Positions 51,146 to 64,000 of a DNA stretch of 64,000 nucleotides are shown here, in pieces. The notes under the pieces were generated by a model. The model saw nothing but the letters and a program-made list of their open reading frames with translations. It had not been told where the DNA came from and made no database searches. The translations under genes were made by a program, and so were the position numbers. This DNA is from Pseudogymnoascus verrucosus (Eukaryota): the NCBI GenBank assembly GCA_001662655.1, contig KV460255.1; one strand, 5' to 3'. Each line of letters opens with the position of its first letter. The stretch's first letter is position 1.

Positions 51146-53368
51146 TCAAAGAAAGCTCCTGGCTTTCCTTTTTCCCTTCCGATCCCCTTCATCCCATAAT
51201 CTGGCGGGTGGTCCAGCTGGCGATTCACCAACTTCTATGCTGTCGTCACTTGGTGTAATAACAGTTGTCCCAGCTGAGCTTATCCTCTGCAACCTGCTCC
51301 TGCTCATATCTTCTTCGTGTCCTTCTACAGGGCCATGCATGTTTTGAGAATCGCCAGCGAGGTACAAATCCTGCTCAGTTAATGCATTTAGTGAGCGACA
51401 TCTTGCAAGCCGGTGAGACTCCGGGCCCGCCTCGCATATCGTCTCAGCTGGAAACTCTCTACTCGAGCTAGATTTCAATTCTCCAGTGCCTCACATCACG
51501 TCGTTCCCACTGCCCTCCATCATAAGCTGTTCCGCTTCCGTCAGAGTAATATCCCCATAAGGCGTGGATACTTCAGATAACATGCTTGGCCGCCTACCCC
51601 GACGCTTGTTTCCACGAAGCGGAACAAACGAAGGCATGGTATGGTTTGGACCGCTCCCTCCTGACTTGCCTATAAAGAATCCAGCGGGGCTCCGAGGAAG
51701 GGGTCGGGGATTAGAGCTTTCAGAGTCCGCATCAGAGGTGCTATTCGAGATGAAAGATGGGATGGAGTGGTTAGAGCTTGCTGGGGGGCTCTTCGCTTTG
51801 GTAGCATTAACCACTTCTGCTAGGGAAGAAGAGCCCCTGGATACGGACATCGTAGCCGTCGGGTCCGCAGGTATTTGGCTTGAGGCATCGCTTGTTGTTC
51901 CGGATGTTAGTGAATTATACCTCGGGCTGCTTTCAACGCTGCTGCTGTATATATCGTGTCTCTCCCTAGCATTTCGACGTCGTTGGACTGCCCAGGAGCT
52001 TGCTGACGGGCCAGCCAGAGCTGGCCATGACATGGACATTTGTTCATTCTTAAATGGTGCAGAGGTGCCTCCTGGATCGGGGCAGCCACGGCTAAGGGTA
52101 TTATCAAGCTTCTTGCGGAAAGTCTGCCAGCTCTTTACAACCAGTTCTTTGACGGGCTGAATAAATACTGGGTGCGGTTCTGTTCTAATTGCAGGCTCCA
52201 AGGTGTATCGACTAGACTCTAGCTGCCAACGCGCCTGTGGGGTCTGGACAGGCGGTTCATCTATCTCGATTTGGGTAGGAAGATGATGCAGCCGAGTTCC
52301 TCGAGACACCGGCTCAGTAGTCAGGGTAGGGCTCACGGGACAACTATGAGCCTTGCGCCCTGGCATCAGGTGAGACCTCGTTTGCTGCGTAGAGTCACTG
52401 AAGCCCCCTTCTGCCGAATCCAAAGCAGAGCTTTCCAAAGCCGGGATAGACCTGTGACCATCAAACTTCTCGACATGCTCTTGCCCTGACCTATTCGCAG
52501 GCGTGACATATCGTATCCGTTGCCGTTTTCTCTTCCGCTTCGATCTCCGACTTCTTCCCGAATAGCTCAGATCGAGAGACACTGGCGCATCTCCAAGTCC
52601 TGCTAATGGCTGTTCTCCACCGTGGGTTGCTTTGAAGAGATATTCAGGCGAGGTACTCCTTGCTTCATGACCAAATGCTGGGGACCATCGATAGTCTGTG
52701 TGCATCCGCAGAGAGCTGATCAGCCGAGCGTCTGGCACGCCATCAGAAGCTGTGGCGAAGTACAAGTTTGTTGAGCTCTTAGAATTCTCGAATTGCTCTA
52801 CAGGCAACGTAAAGCTGACGCTCAAAAGCTGGACCGCCGTAATAAATGCCTGTTCTTGGGTGTCTGAAGTGCCTTTCATGTGCTTTTGCTGTTGAAATCG
52901 TTGGGTTGGAGCAGGCCAGTTGTCACCAAAATCAGCTGTCCCCATGTCCGCCACATCTCTACTCGTTCTCGATCGAACCCTTCTTTGACTCGTCCATCTT
53001 GATGTCGGGGACCACCAGCTTGGCCGACCAGTTCGGCAGACAGTTTGCCATTCTAGAATCTCAGAGTTTATGGTTTCCCATGCGAGCTTCTCTCGATTGA
53101 GCCTATTTGCAACTCTAGAGTGTATCTCAGCGTCGTCATTGGTTATTATAGACTTGTTACTGATTGCAGATAATGACTGGCGTTGTTGTCGTCGCCGAGC
53201 TTTCTTTGGGGAGATATAAAGTGGGGAGTCCTGATCTGAGGTTTGTGTGCTTCGGCGCGATTCCTGGTTTCTACTCCTTGTTATCGTGTCGTCGCCAGTT
53301 GGGGTTTCTGCTATCGTCGGGCTGTTTGCGACGAATATCCTGCTTTCATTCTCATTATGTCGACTCAT
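51146..53368 (-). CDS. Large S/R/P-rich hypothetical protein; in-frame TGA at 51491-51493 followed by 114 more open codons; true start uncertain
   Basis: 634-codon ORF (51491-53395) and ORF 51146-51478 share one frame, separated only by the TGA and 4 sense codons. Confidence 0.65.
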
Positions 53369-53783
53369 TCTGCAATATCCAATGACTAGCCACAAAAGTG
53401 AAGAGAGAAGCTCTCATGGATGTTATAGGGATAAATGATAATGAATATTTAGTTGTAGGTAGAATAGAGATCGGTTCGAAAGACAAATAAATGGTACTAG
53501 TCTTTTTATTGTTCTGCTTCTCACGACTCAGGCCTTTATACTCAACTGGAAGGTGTGACCGATATCGTTCACGGATAATTTTCTCAGTCGTTCCTTCCCC
53601 TTGGATGAATCGGTCCCAAAACAAATTTCATTATTTGTCTACCTTGCCCCATCAATAACCTTCGCATAAGCCAAGTTAATGAATTAAATTGTACAAGTCT
53701 AGCATTCCATAAGCCAACATGATCGTATGATATATCCCCTACTCAGCTATATTTCACAACTCCAAACACCGTGTCCCTCACAC

Positions 53784-56622
53784 TCATAGAGCCTTCACAC
53801 TCTGGAAGAATGGGCTGTCGAGCAGCTTTTTATCCGCCATAACCAACTCCTTCATCCTAGCCACCATATCATCCCCCTTCAAGCCTTCACTCTCGCACTG
53901 GCTCTTCCAAGTCTTCAGAAGCTCTTTCAGCATGGTACTTCCATCTTCCACATCCTCCCTCTTAACCTTCACCGCGTCATTTTCATGCTTGCCAGTAAAG
54001 TCCTCTAACTCATCTGCCTTCCGCTTCGCCATATTCACGACCTTCTCCGGGAATCGAACGAGCTCCGCGACATGGATACCAAAACTTTGGTCGCAGACTC
54101 CGTCTTCCACCTTGTATAGGAGGGTAACTTCCCGTTTGTCGCCCTTGCCATCTGATTGCGGGCCGTCACCAATATGAGCAACAACGTGCAAGTTAGAGAC
54201 CTGTGGGAACTCGTCTGCGAGTGCCGTCAATTCGTGGAAGTGAGTCGCAAACATGCTGAACGCGCCGATTTCCTTGACGATGTGCTCTGAAATAGCCCAG
54301 GCGAGGCCAAATCCATCATACGTGCTTGTTCCGCGGCCGAGCTCGTCTATTATAATGAGTGATTCGGAGGTTGCGGACTTCAGGATATTGGCAGTCTCCA
54401 ACATCTCGGCCATGAAGGTCGACACGCCCTTGAGCTGAGAATCGCTGGCACCGACACGAGCGAGGATGCAGTCGAAAATGGTCAATTCTGCTGTTGTGCA
54501 GGGAACAAAGCAGCCGATTTGAGCCATCAGTGCGATAACGCCGATCTGGCGGATATAGGTCGACTTACCGCCCATATTCGGACCGGTGATGATTAAAAAC
54601 TCGGACTTTTTGCGGATCAGCGAGACATCGTTTGTTATGAACTGGATATCATCTTGCATCTCCATACATGGATGGCGGGCCTCCTTGAGTATAGTATCGC
54701 CAGTTCCTCGTTCATGCATCTTGGGCTTTGTGTAGGCCGTAGGAGCGTGAACGGAAACGTGAGCGAAGCTGACAATCACATCTAAGTGCGCAAGAACGCC
54801 AGCCAACAGCTCAATAACAGGACAGTAGGATGCAGCGACGCTGACAACCTCGTTAACCAAGCTGCTTTGGGTGCGGTTATAATTCTCCGAAAGCTGATCA
54901 TGCTCCCGCCTCATGCTCTGTAACGCATTCGTTGTGAAGTAGACGCCGTTCTTCTGCGTCGAGCATTCCAAGTACCGCTTTTTGTTGCGGATACAAGCTG
55001 CCTCTGTCCTTGTCAACCGCAGGCACCAGCCGTGTGTCCTGTGGTTTTCCAAGAATAGCTTCTTGTCGAGTTCCTGATCGAGATCGTCTGATACACTTTG
55101 AGACTCTTTCTCCATATCATACTTTAGCTTATCAAGATTCTTTCGGATGATGCGGAGGCTATCGTCAAACTCTGGCTTGATGATGAACTCGTGGCGATCC
55201 ATGGCGTCTAAGTCCACCGTCGTTTCAACCATCTCCTGTAACTTGGAGAGGCTCTCCGAATATTCTCTGATCTTAAGAGTATATGCGTCGTCAAGGATAT
55301 CCTTGTACTTGTCGTCCATAACTCCTTCCAAAGTTCCGATAAAGCCAGGTAGCCTAATAACAACCTGATATGCTCTTACTACATCCTCCAGGTTGGCCAT
55401 TTTCTTCTGGAACCGCTTCGCTAGCCTATACAAGTCGGGTATCGAACGGAGATGTTCTTCCTGCATTGTCTGTCGCAGCTCGGTGTCCTCAACAAAGCTT
55501 TCTACTAGCATCTGTCTCCTCTCGATCTCATCCTTGCTCATAAGCGGTTGTTTTAGCCACTGCGCCAGAAGCCTAGTGCCAACCGCAGTCTTGCAGTTGT
55601 TCAGGAGCCCAAAGAGACTCATTGTCTTCGAGCCATCTCTTGGGCCAGGCATGAGGTTCAAAGCCTTTAGGGCTGAGGAGTCCAGCTTCATGAATTGTGC
55701 CAGGTCGTGTTGATAGAGCTGGTATTGACCAAAATTTGACGGGTCGTGTAAGATTCCAAGGTATTTGATCAGCGCCGCCGCAGACCCCATAGCTAGTTTC
55801 AAGTCCGTCTGTGGTAACGCTCCCGACGCCGCTTCGTCTTTCAAAATGCGTGCCAGGTCTTGCTCGATATCTTTCGTTCCAAAATCCGTAATTGGGCGTT
55901 CTGAGACCGCAATCCCACAGCTATCAATAATCGCCTTCAGTTTCGAAATCTCAATATCCTTATTCGACTTATCGACTTGAATCAAACACTCCTTGACACC
56001 CAGTTGGATGAGGAGCGACTCGAGATTCGAGTACAGGTCGTTATCGAGAAACTCGCTCACACCCAACTCTCGCACACTAGCGTCAGCGAAGCAAACGCCC
56101 ACATTCCTTGCCTCCGAAGCCTTAGCCGACACCTTAACAGCCAGCATAATAGGCGCAGCATCAATCTGTCCACCCAGCTCATCCTCAATATCCTGAAGAT
56201 TCCCCGGCGACGCCTGCTTCCCAACCTTCCACTGCATGCGCCCCGTGCTCTCCCAGACCTCTATCCTCTTCCCCAGCCGGAACAGCGCCTCGCGCAGGAA
56301 GTTTCGGAAGACAGTCACGGTCATGGTGACGGAGGGAAGGCCGGTGTGGTCGTTGCGGCCGAGCTGGCGCAGGACGGAGGTCGTCTTGTAGACGGTGCGG
56401 GCGATGAAGGAGGCATCTTCGCCGTGGGCGGTGTAGTAGTCGCCGCGGTTGAAGATGCGGATCGTCTCGCTGCCTTCGGTGGGGAGGGATTTGAAGAACT
56501 TGATGAAGCCTTGCTCGTCGTCAACCTGGGGAAGGGGGAGGATGTTAGCATGGATGAGCTGGGTTTAACTAGGTTAAGTGGTGAGTGAGTGGGCTAACCT
56601 TTAACTCAGGGCGATTCGACAT
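53784..56622 (-). CDS. MSH2: DNA mismatch repair protein Msh2; intron 56526-56598
   Basis: MSNRPELK|VDDEQGF, DYYTAHGEDA, Walker A ITGPNMGGKSTYIRQ, STFMAEMLE, DELGRGTSTYDG, FATHFHEL, SFGIHVA. Confidence 0.98.
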
Positions 56623-57009
56623 AATTGCTGCAATGGCAAAAGTGAATTAATTCTTTTCCGGGTTTTAAAATGGCCCATACGACGAATCCTTTGTTGTTTC
56701 GTTCTAATAGCAATGCGGGTCAGGTCAGGAGCACTTTCGTCAATTACCAGTTTAACGATCTCCAAAAGCGGTGGACCGGTGGACGCGATGCGCGAATCTA
56801 CGCGATTCTGCCACCGCCTTCAATTAAGCAAAAATGATCACGTGCAATATATTCCAGATTCTCCTCCACCAACCCCAAAAAGGTCCAAAGAGGGGCTGCG
56901 AGAAAAAAAGGGAACCGCGGCGGCGCCCACAATCGATATTAGACTGGCGTATCCACAGCTCCGCTCCCAGAAAAAAAGTCAAAAAAGAAATGCCGAAGCA
57001 ATCAAACAC

Positions 57010-57081
57010 TGGAGAAACGGCGAATCGAACGCCGGACCTCTTCTATGCTAAAGAAGCGTTATACCACTAAACCATATCCCC
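57010..57081 (-). tRNA. tRNA-Ala(AGC)
   Basis: GGGGATA TG GTTT AGTGGTAT AAC G CTTCT TT AGC AT AGAAG AGGTC CGGCG TTCGATT CGCCG TTTCTCC A; G3:U70 identity pair; downstream T run. Confidence 0.95.
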
Positions 57082-57534
57082 TTTGTGTGTTTATCTTGGC
57101 TTGGGGGATTGGCATTAACAATTGAGGGTGATGGGATTTCTCTCTTTCAGTCTGTCTCACAGTTATAGCCTTGTGTAATCGAGTATTTATTTCAATCATA
57201 GTTACTGTGGACATTGGTGTAATGTATCGTCTCTGTTTGGATTTTGAGGTAGCACGAGTAATAAGAAGAACGTAACAGTTTCCGTCCAAAGTATCATTTC
57301 GTTGCATATTGAGTGGCTAAGGTATCTAGAACTCCCTCTCACCACCGATCGTGCATACTCAAACCCTACCTCCTGGACAGATATACCCTACAACCAACCC
57401 CCCCCCATCAAAGAGCGCCAGACTCGCAACCCCCCTCCCAATAACGCCTCCAAATGCACCACCACCCCCATCCCGTACATGCTCAAGCCACGCTCAAAAC
57501 AAGAAAGACAGATCATATCATGAATCCCTCCCAT

Positions 57535-60422
57535 CTAGCCCCCTCCCCCACCACCACCACCACCATCCCCACCCCCCTCCTCCCCACTATCCCACCCCCC
57601 CTTCTCAAACTCCGCCATCATCTCCGCCTCAAGATCATTATCAAACTCCTCCTCATCCTGCGTATCCGGCTGAAGCATCTCATCCCCATCCTCCGCGGCC
57701 GTCTTCTCCGGCGTCGGTAGGCTGGACCCCGACGCCGAGTTGGGCGTTTTGACGGTCTTGAGCCCGGTGGTGCGGTTGCGTGCTAGACGCTGCTTTTTGG
57801 AGATGTTGCTCTCTTCGTCGGTTTCTTCGCCGTCTTTGGAGGCGGCGAGTTTGCGTTTGCGGCGGATGCTGATGGTGCTTTGTTGGCTGCGGTCGCTTGT
57901 ATCTGTGGGGTGTTAGGAGGGTGGTTTTGAGGGGGGTTCGGTTGGGGAATGGGGGGACGTACTGCTCGCGACGCTCTCGCTGTCACTCTCGCTGCCGCTT
58001 GCCATGAATTCCTCGAGTTCGGCGTCGACGCCGCTCCAGTCTACGTCTTTGAGGCCCTCGATGGGGGATTGCCCGTCCTCAAAGTCGTCGGGCATATCGG
58101 CGTCGTCGTGGCTAGAATGGCCTTCTCCCCCAGAGTCGTCGCCGCTGCTATCGTCGAGGCTTCGGCCGTCGGAAAATAGTTCTGGCTGGGTAGATTTGTC
58201 TTCGCGATGGATGTTTATCTGTTTTTGTTGTTAGTCTTACGAGTTCTTCTTTGAGGCGTGGCAAATGTGGCGTTTTTTGGAACAAAGGGTTCGTTCTGGA
58301 CTGGGCGGGGTCTACATACCAAGTACGGTGTCTCATCAACCCTCTCCCATCTACTCATTGAGTCGACTAGCCACTGCTGATTCACAATCTTAATATGAGG
58401 ATAGCTAGTAGCCTGGCGAACCTTCTGTGTCCGAGTGCGATTCGCCGCAACGACAAGGTGTGTAACTTTGCGCGATATCCTATATGATCATTAGCAAACC
58501 GTACCTTCAAAACTCGGACGGGAATAAGCATACTTAGTGTGGATCTGTGCACCAAAGCTCATCGACTGTATCGCTATTTCGGACCTGCGTTTCAACTGTT
58601 TAGCCATGTACTTGTACCTAATAATATCAAACGCCAAAAATAAATCCTCCTTAAGTCTTTTAATAAATGTTCGTAAATACCTCAATACATCAACGCCCAA
58701 TGGCACTAGGCCAGACAGCACTATGCTTGTGCCGCGTAGACTGTTCGATCTTTGCATTTGTAAGTATAGGTTTCATTAAAGACAGTGTTGGAAAGACAAA
58801 ACTTACTTGATTTGCGGCATTACTTCCCCAATGTCAGGGACGATTTGGAGGTCAGCTGCTTCGTCTTTCATGTGAACCTTCTTTGTCGCTCCAGGCCGAA
58901 GGTGAGCCACACGGTCTCCCTTGGCGTTAATCAATGCTTTATCGTATTGCTCATAGAACGTCCTATGCAGACCAAGAAGATGGTTCTCAAGATATGCAAG
59001 CTCATTATCATCATCCTTCAGCAGATGGTGTCGATGGTGATTGTACGCAGAATCATCCGTATGTTCCGATTCATCGGCAGTTCCATTGGCGGACTCTTCG
59101 CCCTCGGCATTATCTTCTTTGTCGAGTTGCTGTTGCATATGCAGTAGCGGCCGTTCCTTTAGTTGTTTCTCCAAAAACTCGGCCTGTTCCTGGGCTTGGA
59201 TCTCGCGGACGGTCGGGTCATCCCCACCTCCCATAGCGACGAGTTCTTCCAGAGCGCTCATGCTTTCGGTGATGTTGGTGGATGTTGCTTTCGATTTCAG
59301 CACCTCGCGTTTAACCCGGGCCTCGCCCTCGGCAGCGCCTTCTTCTTCAGTTTCCGTGGGTTCCTCCGTGTCGGGCATTGGTGCGATCGGTGGCGGCGCT
59401 GGGACGACCTTTGGTGTTTCCTCCCGTTTGGGCAGGAAGCTCGAGTTGATGTCTCCGATGCCGATGAAGAAGTCGTATGGGACGACCTTGATAAGATTCG
59501 ATCGATTCCGCGGCCATACGTCCGCTCGATCATCTATGATCACCACCATCTTCGTGTCCACCGGGAACAGTCTTGAAAGCGTCTTCGCCGTCAAACTCCC
59601 ATTCTCGTCTCTGCTGATGATTCGATCACCGAAGAGCTTATGCTCAGGATCAACAATCTTCGCGATTTCCTGCGCATACGCCCTCGTTCCCATGGTATAA
59701 ACGTGTAACTCGTATTTTTCCGCAATGGTGGCGAGGAAGTGTGCCAGACCCGGGCGCATCTTGATATAATACCAGCATCCCGACGCCAGTCCACGAGGTC
59801 CATCATCATGAAGCTGGAAAGATTTGACATCCTTAACAGCTTCGTAGTTCGGGGATGTCGGGTCGCGCTGCCATTCGCCAATCGTGGGCTCGATACAGGC
59901 GTGGATGATCGTCTGATCCAAATCAACCACCAGCGACAGCTTCCTGTTCTTCAGCAGTCGTCGCTGCAACTGCTCTTCCGCCCGCGATGCTTCGTCCTGG
60001 CTCACCGACAACAGCGTCTGGTCGTGAATCATGTTGATTTGCGCCCGCTGCGCGTCGACCGTATCCGTAGCCCACGAAGTCTCGTTCATATCCTTCCCAC
60101 ACAGCGCGCAGAGACCCGCGTACTGAACGGCATGCGAGCAAGTCTCATCGATCTCCGCGCAGGACTGGTCACTATTGATGACCATGCCCGGTCTGATCTG
60201 CCATCGTAGTAGCTTCCCATCCGCCGTGCTGGCGAAGCTGACAATCGTCGTAATCTCCTCCTCCCATTTGTCACCAAACGCGTCTCCGACCTCCTTCTTC
60301 CATTTGAAGCTGTACTCGAAGATGGCGTCGCCCTTGGCGAACGAGTCGCCGGGGGATTTGAGAAGCTTGTTGACAGTGATGGGGTACTTCAGTTTCTTCC
60401 CTAGGCTGAGCGGTTTTCCCAT
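57535..60422 (-). CDS. FCP1: RNA polymerase II CTD phosphatase Fcp1 (multi-exon, BRCT region split by short introns)
   Basis: CSH...GLCALCG, LSLVVDLDQTIIHA, YYIKMRPGL, LHVYTMGTRAYA, IIDDRADVW; acidic tail ending at TAG 57535-57537. Confidence 0.95.
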
Positions 60423-61221
60423 TTTTGTTTCCTCCGTTGGCTTGGAGCTGTCGGCGAAAGCATGTGGGATTATTGCTCAGATGGGGGGCCTAGTCGGGAG
60501 AGGGCGCGTGGTTAGCTGTGCACACTTTCGGCCTCAGCGGCGATTCACACAGGTATGCATCGAAGTATTCTAGAAGCTCTAGAAAGCTTCGCGATGCATA
60601 ACCAGGTGCGACAATGGAGGGCGATAACTCACTGATAATGTCTTGGCCCTAGAGTGTAAGCTCTTTGACCTGGGACGTGGGGGGTAATTCGGGGTCTCTC
60701 TCTCTCGAATCGTATATGAAGCGCAACTTCAACAAATGGCCATTAGTCCAACCATGCCCAATATCCTCAAAGTAACCAATCAATAACAATGGCGATCTTG
60801 TTGTCCTTGTCCTCTCTGGATTTCTTTGTTGTGCAAAGCTGAGTTTAATAGAAGAGACAGATGCACGTCACTCTGTGGGTCGTTCTGTGAATTAAAATGG
60901 CGGTAGTGGTTCGTAGTGGTTCGTAGTGGTTGCTCAGGCAGATACCATGCTCGTGCGGCCGCTTCCGTACTTCTGAAAGGTGCTTGGAAGGTCGGGGCCT
61001 TACCAACCTTTTATGCCATTTGCCTCCGTTGCGGGCGAAGGAGCAGGGTCAGGTGATTGGTTGGATTGTTGGGGTGGGATGCATGACGTCCTAAGGCAAC
61101 AACCGATCCCTTGGACCTCCTTGGACTCCCTTGCCACAGCCTCGACCAACAGTTCGTCAGTGTGTCAGGGTCCACACTCTTAAATATATGGTTCTTGGAG
61201 CTTATTTGAGGTTATACAGGA

Positions 61222-61272
61222 CATAGAAGCTGATATAGAAGCTAATATCGAAGCTAATATAGAATCTAATAT
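61222..61272. repeat. 12-bp tandem repeat x4 (ATAGAAGCTAAT-like)
   Basis: atagaagctgat atagaagctaat atcgaagctaat atagaatctaat. Confidence 0.8.
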
Positions 61273-61664
61273 CAAAGGGGTGTCTTACAGCCTCGGAGCT
61301 ACAATAATTCCCATAGGGCTATTGATTTACTAAGCACCCGCTCGCTCCAGACAACAAACCAACACTGCCGTCACCACAAACGAAGTCGCGACCTAAAACG
61401 AATATCTCAAAGAAAACATAGGTATATTGACACCAATCCCCTATGCTCAACAATCCTAAAAGGAGCCCCGCTCTATCCTAACCTCGCTATCCTAATTATA
61501 CCCATGGCTCATATCCAGGGCCCTCCATCCATCTACACTCCCACCATGCCAATCTATCATTAAGGCCAGCACTCTATAACAACACCATCCATACCAGTCG
61601 TACTCCCGACAGCGTCTCATCATAATATTAGTAATATACGTCCGACCCCATCCCCTGCACCGAA

Positions 61665-64000
61665 TCACTTGGTTTCCGCGCCCTTTTCAGATGGCAGCGG
61701 CGTCTCAGATCTTGGCGTCGGGACCGGAGACTCGGGCGCATCCTTCGACTGTGATTCAGTCAAGTCCCTCGACTGCGCAAGTACCACCCGCGGATCCCAT
61801 GCGTGGATACGGCTCATAAGTTCCGGATCATTGTCGTCGCCGATGAACGTCCAACTCTCCTCGATATCTTCAGCTAACCCTTCGTGGCTGCCGGACTTCC
61901 GCTTGATCAGACTATTAGCGTATTCCATGTCGCGGTAGATGCATTGGATCGCCATATCCACGCCGTTCTCCTGTAAGATTATTAGTTTCTAAACATCCAA
62001 ATGACTAGGGGATGAAGAGGGGACTCACGCTTCTGATCTGCTCGCCTATTAATTTCGCCTTGGCAATTATCCGCTCACTATGCGTAGCTTCCCACAGCGC
62101 GCGCGCAAAGACGCTCACATTGAGCTTCCGGAGGTAAATCCCAACACCAAGGTCCTCCACTCGCCCGCCATAGAAAAACTGGTCTCCAAAGAACGGCTTA
62201 ATAATCGTAGGCTTGCCAGCTCTCAGACTCGCTCCAGTCGTTCCGGAACCGCCGTGGTGGGTTACGGCATCGACTTGCGTGAACAGCCAGTCGTGGGGTG
62301 CGGACTTGATCTGCAAGATTTCCTCGGGGAGGACTTCAGGCTCGGTTGCGCCGATCTTGTCGAGTCTGTCGGACCATCCCTTTGATAGGATGCAACGGAC
62401 ATCAGCTTTTAGTACTGAGTTCACAACCGTTTTTGTGAGAGCTGCTGAATCGGATACGACGATGGAGCCGAATCCAATGTAGACCAGCTTCTTCCCATCA
62501 GCCCTAGCCTTAGCGATGAAATCAGAGAGCTCCTTAGGTGGCTTGTAGTCAGTGCCTTCGTCGAGGAACCAGTATCCCGTCACCCTAATCCAGTCACTGT
62601 AATCGAGCGGTGGTACGACGACCGAGGGACTGAAGTTGTACAGGAATGGCACCTTATTCGGCTGCATCTTCTCCAGACTGGTGCGAGGCAGGCTAAGCTC
62701 CTTCTTACGCCATCTGTTTATCTGGCCCGCGATGGCTTTCCAGAAGACGTTCTCGAACATGACGTAGGTGATGTAGTTGTAAGCTCCGCCCATCTTGTGC
62801 TCTGGCACAGCAAAGGCATGGGGATAGGCGCGCGTTCTAGTCCATGGCATCGTAAAGGCGCGGAAGTAGGGGATCCCTAATGCTTCTGCGATATGTATCC
62901 CGGCCATGGCGCTAGGGCTCTCGATGAGGACATCTGAGTTCTGGCAAGCTAACCAAGACGAAGAAAGTAGGTCATCGATCCACCCGCGGAAATTCGTGGA
63001 GGCTTCTTTCAAGAATGAGTATGTGAACATGCCGTTCTCAACGCAGATGCGCATAAGTTCGGCCGGATCACCTCCGACGGGGGCGAACTCGATGCCATGG
63101 CCCTCAATCCAATCCTTGAATTCAACATGCGTCGCGATCTTTGGTCTATGTCCTTCTGCTATAAATCCCTTGCAGAGCGCGATGTATGGTTGGACATCTC
63201 CGCGGGAGCCGATAGTTAAACAAGTAATGCGAAGTGACTCGGTCGGCTTGAAATTTAATATCGAAGCTCGGGGATCGTCGAACATAATAGGGGCCGTCTC
63301 AGTTGAGGCACCTTCCGCCGTAGTTGGCAATTCGAGGTCATGGCTATGCTGTCGCGACTCTTGGCGTGCTTCTTGCAAAGCCTTATGCTCAGCAACCGCC
63401 CATGCAGCGCTTTCCTCTTCCTCTTGCGTTAGTAAGCCCGATTCCTTAAGGTAGCGAATCGTTTCTAGGTTTTGAAGCAAAGTGACACAGCAATCATCTC
63501 TTGCATCCGGTTGCCTGAACTCAAAGAAGAGTTCCTCATGTCCCTTAACAACGACCACCAGTCCAGAATAGCCAAAGCGGAAGCCCTTTTCCTTGTCTAC
63601 ATTCTCAATGTCTTTGAGTGGCAGAATCAGCTTTGTGCGAGAGCCAGGTAAAAGGCTTCTAAAGCAAAACGAGCGATTGCTGATGTAAATCTTTCCATAA
63701 AGAGGCAATACTCGGTGGAAGTAACCGAAATATGCGGCTTGCAACTTCTCTCCAGCCGGAAGTGCAAAATGGGCTTGAAAGCGATGTTCAGCTCCATCAG
63801 ATTGGCCGCCTTCATCGTCTGTGTCATCTTCTAGCCCCTGGCCTAGTGGTTCATCGTAATGTTTCTTCCCCCCTTTCCACATCCCGGAGACCTTCTCAAC
63901 ATATCCCATAGACTCTGTTGCAAGAAGGGTGCTCATGCGTTTTGAGTGGCGGTTGAGGTAGTTAGCAAAGCCAGCAGCCCTCTGCAATGGGTATGCACCA
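61665..64000 (-). CDS. ATG26: Sterol 3-beta-glucosyltransferase (GRAM plus GT1 domains), 5' end outside window; intron 61971-62028
   Basis: [14 protein letters not shown] domain, [59 protein letters not shown]. Confidence 0.96.

Noticed and set aside
57535..57610. Suspected homopolymer frameshift at the FCP1 C-terminus
   Set aside because: Counting the G run gives a continuous frame, EFEKGGWDSGEEGGGDGGG..., ending at TAG.

Overview
Gene-dense eukaryotic DNA from a filamentous ascomycete (short GT-AG introns with CTRAC branch points; a Leotiomycete such as Pseudogymnoascus is my unverified guess from protein style and composition). Recognisable housekeeping genes: COP1, UGGT, an MRS3/4-type carrier, ATG9, GCD6, CTP1, an APC amino-acid permease, EMG1, COA6, SYS1, MSH2, FCP1 and a 5'-truncated ATG26. 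There are also several conserved hypothetical genes and two tRNA genes (a normal tRNA-Ala(AGC) and an atypical intron-containing tRNA with a CTC anticodon). I saw no CRISPR array or intact transposon. The most notable signal is three non-housekeeping reading frames, each broken by one in-frame stop while coding sequence continues in the same frame: TAG 27732 inside a transmembrane helix, TAG 35337 and TGA 51491. Each would read Trp after a single A-to-I edit, the pattern known for restorative editing in Sordariomycete sexual development; nonsense mutation or sequencing error remain alternatives. Other oddities are the atypical tRNA, a hairpin-containing CTP1 intron with a poison acceptor, and two distant minisatellites sharing a GGAAAGAACGA core. 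Exon boundaries were read by eye.
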